Assembly (NCBI GenBank): GCA_043825735.1
Contig: JBDRRP010000093.1
Coordinates: 1 to 64,000 of the forward strand
From: Pseudomonadota bacterium
GTDB lineage: Bacteria > Desulfobacterota > Desulfobacteria > Desulfobacterales > JBDRRP01
Length of the DNA stretch: 64,000 nucleotides
Direction: 5' to 3'
A program made the translations under genes and the position numbers. How positions within the stretch are numbered: the first letter of the stretch is position 1; each line of letters begins with the position of its first letter. The notes under the pieces were generated by a model that worked only from the letters and a program-made list of their open reading frames with translations, ran no database searches and was not told where the DNA came from. Of the stretch, positions 58,960-64,000 are shown one piece after another.

Positions 58960-59090
58960 AATCAAGCATGCCATGGGCCATGACTTTATTCAGATCACCG
59001 TGAATGTTTACGGCCCCCTGCTCCCAGCTGAGAGCAAAGGAGAGGTGAACCGCTCGATGAAGCAACCACCCGCAATCTATCCGCAACCAT
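58960..59090 (+). pseudogene. C-terminal remnant of a tyrosine integrase
   Basis: IKHAMGHDFIQITVNVYGPLLP resembles integrase box II (LGH..I..T...Y); abuts the att repeat. Confidence 0.65.
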
Positions 59091-59140
59091 CACAACAGCA
59101 AAGGCCGCAACCCTTCAGGGTTGCGGCCTTTTTTGGTTAA

Positions 59141-59217
59141 TGGTGGCGATGCAGGGAGTTGAACCCCGGACACTACGGATATGAGCCGTATGCTCTAACC
59201 AACTGAGCTACATCGCC
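59141..59217 (-). tRNA. tRNA-Met (CAT), elongator type
   Basis: Reverse complement GGCGATGTAGCTCAGTTGGTTAGAGCA TACGG CT CAT AT CCGTA ... GGTTCAACTCCCTGCATCGCCACCA. Confidence 0.95.
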
Positions 59218-59324
59218 AGGTTGCCGACCGCGAAATAACCTAGCTGCCAGCGAAAAGGAAAGAGCGTTACTAACAATTGGGCCATTCAAAGTCAAGCCGA
59301 AAGATGCCGCCTGTGGGCGAAACC

Positions 59325-59469
59325 AGTGTCCGTTCACAGGTGGTAGGTTTTAGTCCCCGGCAAGGCTCGAGCGATTTTGCAACCGCAGGCATAGTGGGCC
59401 TATGTCGAGGATTGCAAATGAGCGAGTACGCCGCCGGGGGCTAAAAGATGCCGCCTGTGGGCGGACACT
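59325..59469. repeat. Miniature inverted-repeat element
   Basis: Inverted ends AGTGTCCG..CACAGG ... CCTGTG..CGGACACT; a partial extra end at 59300-59319. Confidence 0.7.
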
Positions 59470-61921
59470 AATTTTGTTCTGCCATGGAGCTGGTCACCTC
59501 AACGGTAAATTCCTCCAGGCTCTCGGGCAGGTTGTTGAAAACGAGCATGAAGGGCACCATCTGTCCTGGAGCGATCCGTGATTTGGCCTGATTCTTGAGC
59601 CGCGCTTTGATCGCATCCAGATCCAGGGCGGCTAAATCCTGATCACTGAGGACATTGCCGGCATATGAGGCCTGCACCTGAGCCATTTTTTTGCCGACGG
59701 TATAGAGCTTTCCCGTGAGGCGAACCTGTAGGCGGCTATCCTCGTAGCCGCTTTTCACTTTACCGGTGATGACGAAAAGTCGGCCGGTGATCGCATTTTC
59801 CACAAACCGGCTGTTCACACCATGGGTGCTCATATTGAGGTTGCCCATGGGATCGGCCGGTGCGGTTTTGAGCAGATCGCTCACAAACGGTATTTCAATG
59901 CCCATGGTGGTCACCGCCATGTAACCGCCATAGGCCAAACCACCGAGAATCAGCAGGAACAGCAGAATTTTAACCGGCGCGCCGATCTTTCCGCCGCCGC
60001 CGCTCTTCTTGGCCTTGACCTTCTTTTCTTTTTTCTTTTTCTTCTTTTTCCCGCCGTCTTCATCGTCGATGTCTGCGACAGCCACCGCAGCGGCACCGGC
60101 CGCCGCGCCAGCGAGGTCATCGAAATCGTCTGCGGTTGGCGGAGATATTTCCACGGTGGCTGCATAATCCAGGTCATCGTCGGCGACGGCTGAAGCGATT
60201 TCATCATCGTCGACGCCAAAATCGAGGTCCATGTCGCCCCCGGCACCACCATCCGCTATCGTGTCGACCTCGAGGGTGTCCATATCGAGGTCGTCCATAT
60301 CACCCATATCCAGGTCAAAATCATCCGAACCATCCGCGTCAACCGGCTGCGGTTCGTCTCCCAGCATGTCTTCAATATCTGAAAGGTCCAGATCTCCTCC
60401 GTCGATTTCCTCGATGGTGTCGATGGCCGCCGATGCGCCACTCGATGCCCGATCCAGATCAAGCTCAAGATCATCCGGGAGATTATCACGATCATCACTA
60501 AAATCGGCGTCCAGCATGTCCTCCAGATCTGACAGATCCAGCTCTTGGCCTGCAGAGGCAGGCGCATGGGCAGCGTTACCGCCAACAGCACCGTCCTGAC
60601 CGGTCACCATCTGTTCGATGTCGGAAAGATCGATATCTGCGCCGCCCAGATCAAGGTCAAGATCCAGATCGTCACCACCGGCTGATTCGGCCTGCGCATC
60701 GTCCATGTCCAGGTCCAGATCCAGGTCGAAATCACCACCGCCGGCTGATTCGGCCGGTGCGTCGTCCATGTCCAGGTCCAGATCCAGGTCGAAATCACCG
60801 CCGCCGGCTGATTCGGCCGGTGCATCGTCCATGTCCAGGTCCAGATCCAGGTCGAAATCACCGCCGCCGGCTGATTCGGCCGGCGCTTCGTCCATGTCCA
60901 GGTCAAGATCCAGATCCAGGTCCAGATCATCACCGCCGCCGGCTGATTCGGCCGGCGCTTCATCCATGTCCAGGTCAAGATCCAGGTCCAAATCATCGCC
61001 ACCGCCGGCAGATTCGGCCGGCGCTTCGCCCATGTCCAGGTCGAAATCCAGGTCGAAATCACCGTCGCCGGCTGATTCGGCCGGCGCGTCGCCCATGTCC
61101 AGGTCAAGATCCAGGTCCAGATCACCGCCGCCGGCTGATTCAGCCGGCGCGTCGCCCATGTCCAGGTCAAGATCCAGATCCAGGTCCAGAGCCTCACCGC
61201 CGCCGGCTGATTCGGCCGGCGCGTCGCCCATGTCCAGGTCCAGATCCAGATCCAGGTCCAGATCAGCGCCTCCTCAGGCTGCTTGGGCCGGCGCGTAGCC
61301 CATGTCAAGGTCAAGATCCAGATCCAGATCATCGCCACCGCCGGCTGATTCGGCCGGCGCGTCGCCCATGTCCAGGTCAAGATCCAGATCCAGGTCCAGA
61401 TCATCGCCACCGGCAGATTCAGCCGGTGTCTCGTCCATATCCAGGTCAAAATTCATATCCAGGTCCAGATCATCCCCGTCGGCAGATTCAGCCGACGCTT
61501 CGCCCATATCCAGGTCCAGATCCAGGTCCAGATCATCGCCACCGGCAGATTCAGCCGGCGTCTCACCTAAATCAAGGTCGAGATCCAGATCCAACTCGTC
61601 ACCGGCAGCTGCAGAACCATCACTGCCGAAATCGAGATCGTCGCCGCCATACGCCAGATCCTGATCCGGGCCATCTACGTCGGAGCCTTCAGGCGTTTCG
61701 GGTGCCTCGACCGGCGCCCGCGTCACGGCCGCCGCTGCAACAGCAGCGGTGGCGACGACTTGAGCGGGTTCAGGGGGTGTCTCCACGGTCGGTTCAGGGG
61801 CAGGTGGGTAGGCAGTGAACACATGCTTGCACTTTGAGCACCGAACCTTGGACCCGGCGGCTTGCAAGAGGTTCTCATTCAAGTTGAATTTGGTCTGACA
61901 CTGCTCGCAGGAAACGATCAT
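59468..61921 (-). CDS. Zinc-ribbon (MJ0042-type) / acidic repeat / TM / DUF3426 protein (ZitP-like), frameshifted near 61270
   Basis: N-terminal CEQC...VRCSKC..VF in ORF 61274-61927; TM and periplasmic domain (LFVITG, PFMLVF) in ORF 59468-61231; the same repeat continues across the break. Confidence 0.85.
60645..61610 (-). repeat. About 14 coding tandem repeats (ESAGGGD-[LD]n-MxxAPA)
   Basis: Units of ~57-66 bp counted from the two translations. Confidence 0.92.
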
Positions 61922-61937
61922 GACCAACCCTCTTCGG

Positions 61938-62456
61938 CTAAAATTTTAAATGATAGATGCCGGGCAATTCACGATAGGACTCATCAAAGTCCAACCCGTA
62001 CCCTACCAGAAACTCGTCGTCCACCGCATGGCAGACGTAATCGGCCTCGATGGGCACCCGGCGCCGTTCTTGCTTGTCGAGAAGGGTGCAAACTTTTACA
62101 CTCGCCGCACCCAGTGATTGGAAGTGAGAGACCATGCAATGCAATGTCAGCCCGGTATCCACAATGTCCTCTACGATGAGAACGTCTTTTCCCGCGACAT
62201 CGATAACGCGGTTCTTTTCCAGCTGGACACAACCGGTGGTCTCGGTGCCGGATCCGTAGCTGGAAGCGCGCACAAAGTCGATCTTGACGGGAATCGACAT
62301 CAGCCGCACCAGATCGGCGAGAAAGAGAAACGCCCCTTTCAACACACCCACCATCACCACATCTTTGCCCTGATAATCCAATGACAGCCGTTCTGCCATG
62401 GTCGCAGTCATTCGATGGATGTCTTCACTATCGAGAACGGGGATGAGTTCGGGCAT
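61938..62456 (-). CDS. hpt: Hypoxanthine phosphoribosyltransferase
   Basis: VLKGAF.FLADL, SSYG, VLIVEDIVDTGLT and FLVGYGLD motifs. Confidence 0.96.
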   Translation of the reverse strand: MPELIPVLDSEDIHRMTATMAERLSLDYQGKDVVMVGVLKGAFLFLADLVRLMSIPVKIDFVRASSYGSGTETTGCVQLEKNRVIDVAGKDVLIVEDIVDTGLTLHCMVSHFQSLGAASVKVCTLLDKQERRRVPIEADYVCHAVDDEFLVGYGLDFDESYRELPGIYHLKF

Positions 62457-62581
62457 ATTTTTGCTGTCGGTTCGGTGTCGAAAAGCCGCGAATGCCATGG
62501 CTTTCGTGGCACCCCACAGTGGTGCGACTATCAGATCAGAGGTAACACTGCGGCTCACCTGTTGTCAATGATTTTAGTTTG

Positions 62582-63490
62582 TTACAAACCTTCTGCCGCA
62601 AGTTGTTCAATGATCTCTTTCTGTTTTGAGGACAGTTTTCGCGGGATGTCGACGAGGATAGTGACGTACAGATCCCCGCGGTGCTTCTTTTTCATTTCCG
62701 GCAGACCATGGCCGGGCAGCCGCATCCGCGTTTTGTGCCGGGTACCCGGCGGGACCTTCAGGCTTAGAGATTTTCCGTCAAGCGTAGACACGTCCACCGT
62801 GGTTCCCAGTAATGCGTCGGTGAGCTTGATTTCACGATTGACGTTCAAATCGTGATCTTCCAGAGCGAATATCGGGTGAGGCAACAGTTTCACCTGGATG
62901 AAAAGGTCTCCCGGTGCGCCACCGTATCCGCTGGCCTCGCCTTTTCCCGATATCCGGAGCCGCTTGCCATCCAGCATTCCATGAGGGATCTTCACAGACA
63001 TGTTTTCCGTCTGGTTGCCATGCTGATAGGCGATGGTCTTCTGGGTGCCGGTCACCACCTCTTCCAGCGTCAGCGGCAGCTCATAGACCAGATCGCTGCC
63101 CCGCGGCGGCGCCTGGGAGCGCCCCCCGCCGCCGAAAGGGCTGCCGCCGCCAAAGCTGAACCTGAAGTTTTTACCACCGCCTGCGCCGCCGCCGCCGAAT
63201 CCGAACTCCTTGAAGATATCGGAAAAATCGAAGCCCCTGAAAATATCTTCCTGCGAGTAGCGCTGCTGAAATCCATCGGCGCCGAACATGTCGTATTGCT
63301 TTCTTTTCTCCGCATCACTGAGCACCGCATACGCCTCGGAAATCTGCTTGAACTTGTCTTCGGCAGACTTGTCGTCCTTGGTGTGATCCGGATGATACTT
63401 CATCGCCAGCTTCCGGTAGGCTTTCTTGATTTCGGATTCGGAAGCGCTTTTCTCAACGCCCAGTATCGTGTAGTAATCGGTCGCGGCCAT
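62582..63490 (-). CDS. Class B J-domain protein (CbpA/DnaJ-like, no zinc finger)
   Basis: DYY.ILGV, HPD, G/F-rich linker and DnaJ_C domain. Confidence 0.93.
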   Translation of the reverse strand: MAATDYYTILGVEKSASESEIKKAYRKLAMKYHPDHTKDDKSAEDKFKQISEAYAVLSDAEKRKQYDMFGADGFQQRYSQEDIFRGFDFSDIFKEFGFGGGGAGGGKNFRFSFGGGSPFGGGGRSQAPPRGSDLVYELPLTLEEVVTGTQKTIAYQHGNQTENMSVKIPHGMLDGKRLRISGKGEASGYGGAPGDLFIQVKLLPHPIFALEDHDLNVNREIKLTDALLGTTVDVSTLDGKSLSLKVPPGTRHKTRMRLPGHGLPEMKKKHRGDLYVTILVDIPRKLSSKQKEIIEQLAAEGL

Positions 63491-63580
63491 AGTCATCCAA
63501 TCGCATTCTATCTTATTAAAATAATTGCATATGACAACACATCGCCTAATCGGGAAAAATAAGATTCCGCTATCGCCATG

Positions 63581-64000
63581 TCAAGACGCCGAGGGTTCTG
63601 CGCCGCGGTGGACTTTCAGGGCGATCAGCACCACGGAAATGGCGGCCGGGGTCATTCCATCCACGCGGGCGGCCTGCCCCAGAGAAACCGGTCTCACCTC
63701 GCTAAGTTTCCCTTTGAGTTCGTTGGAGAGTCCGTGCACGGCGATAAAATCGAAATCCTCCGGGATCCGGACTTTCTCCGCATCCCTGAACTTGGCGATC
63801 TCACGGAGCTGACGCTGGATGTAGCCTTCGTATTTGACTTCAATCTCAACCTGGCGGGAGACTTCCGGCGCAATGGGCGTCGGCGACGGCGCCAGGGCCG
63901 ATACCGTGTTGTAATCGATTCCCGCTCGTTTGAGTAGCTGATCGAGATGGATGCCTGTCGTCAGCGGCGGCTGACCACAGCGGGTCAGGTGATCGTTGGC
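63581..64000 (-). CDS. mnmG: tRNA uridine-5-carboxymethylaminomethyl(34) synthesis enzyme, 3' part
   Basis: Hand translation: KYEGYIQRQ...IPEDFDF...GLSNE...RPVSLGQAARVDGMTPAAIS. Confidence 0.93.
   Translation of the reverse strand, partial: ANDHLTRCGQPPLTTGIHLDQLLKRAGIDYNTVSALAPSPTPIAPEVSRQVEIEVKYEGYIQRQLREIAKFRDAEKVRIPEDFDFIAVHGLSNELKGKLSEVRPVSLGQAARVDGMTPAAISVVLIALKVHRGAEPSAS

Larger units (their letters stand above)
56052..59161. mobile_element. Decayed genomic islet at tRNA-Met
   Basis: Flanking 62-bp direct repeats, visibly AT-rich interior, TA cargo and an integrase C-terminal remnant. Confidence 0.88.

Noticed and set aside
59141..59217. Initiator tRNA-fMet
   Set aside because: It has a paired G1-C72 and lacks the three consecutive G-C pairs in the anticodon stem. 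tRNA-Ile2 is not fully excluded without a covariance model.
61274..61276. TGA as selenocysteine or readthrough
   Set aside because: The downstream ORF is in a different frame, so readthrough would not join them.
60645..61610. Possible CRISPR or non-coding repeat array; Ser/Arg- and Trp-rich ORFs in other frames
   Set aside because: The repeats are in-frame coding units of the zinc-ribbon/DUF3426 protein; the other frames are shadows.

Overview
GC-rich chromosomal window, most likely from an anaerobic Desulfobacterota (Desulfobacterales-like) bacterium; this is inferred from gene content and repeat style. In order it contains: (1) the end of an integrative element at tRNA-Leu(CAA), with a ParB-DNA methyltransferase fusion, HIRAN protein, excisionase-like HTH and tyrosine integrase; (2) housekeeping genes tsaC, purE, ddl and a very divergent PurD-like ligase; (3) a cobalamin riboswitch ahead of an exported CbiK; (4) a TetR-SulP-phosphorelay cluster; (5) CoA-transferase, glycosyltransferase, tesB, RND efflux and MscS genes; (6) a glycogen cluster with eukaryote-type branching and fused debranching enzymes; (7) a sigma54 activator with candidate target promoters; (8) a FadR-regulated operon for an unassigned glycyl radical enzyme, its activase and a flavin split-barrel protein; (9) a ~3 kb AT-rich islet at tRNA-Met, bounded by 62-bp direct repeats, carrying a HicA-HicB-SecB toxin-antitoxin-chaperone (TAC) module, an orphan ORF and an integrase remnant; (10) a ZitP-like acidic-repeat gene, hpt, a class B dnaJ gene and the 3' end of mnmG. 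Intergenic DNA carries several families of palindromic miniature repeats. The best candidates for new biology are the HicAB-SecB TAC islet and the orphan glycyl radical enzyme operon. All family calls come from motif recognition by eye; no database searches were run.
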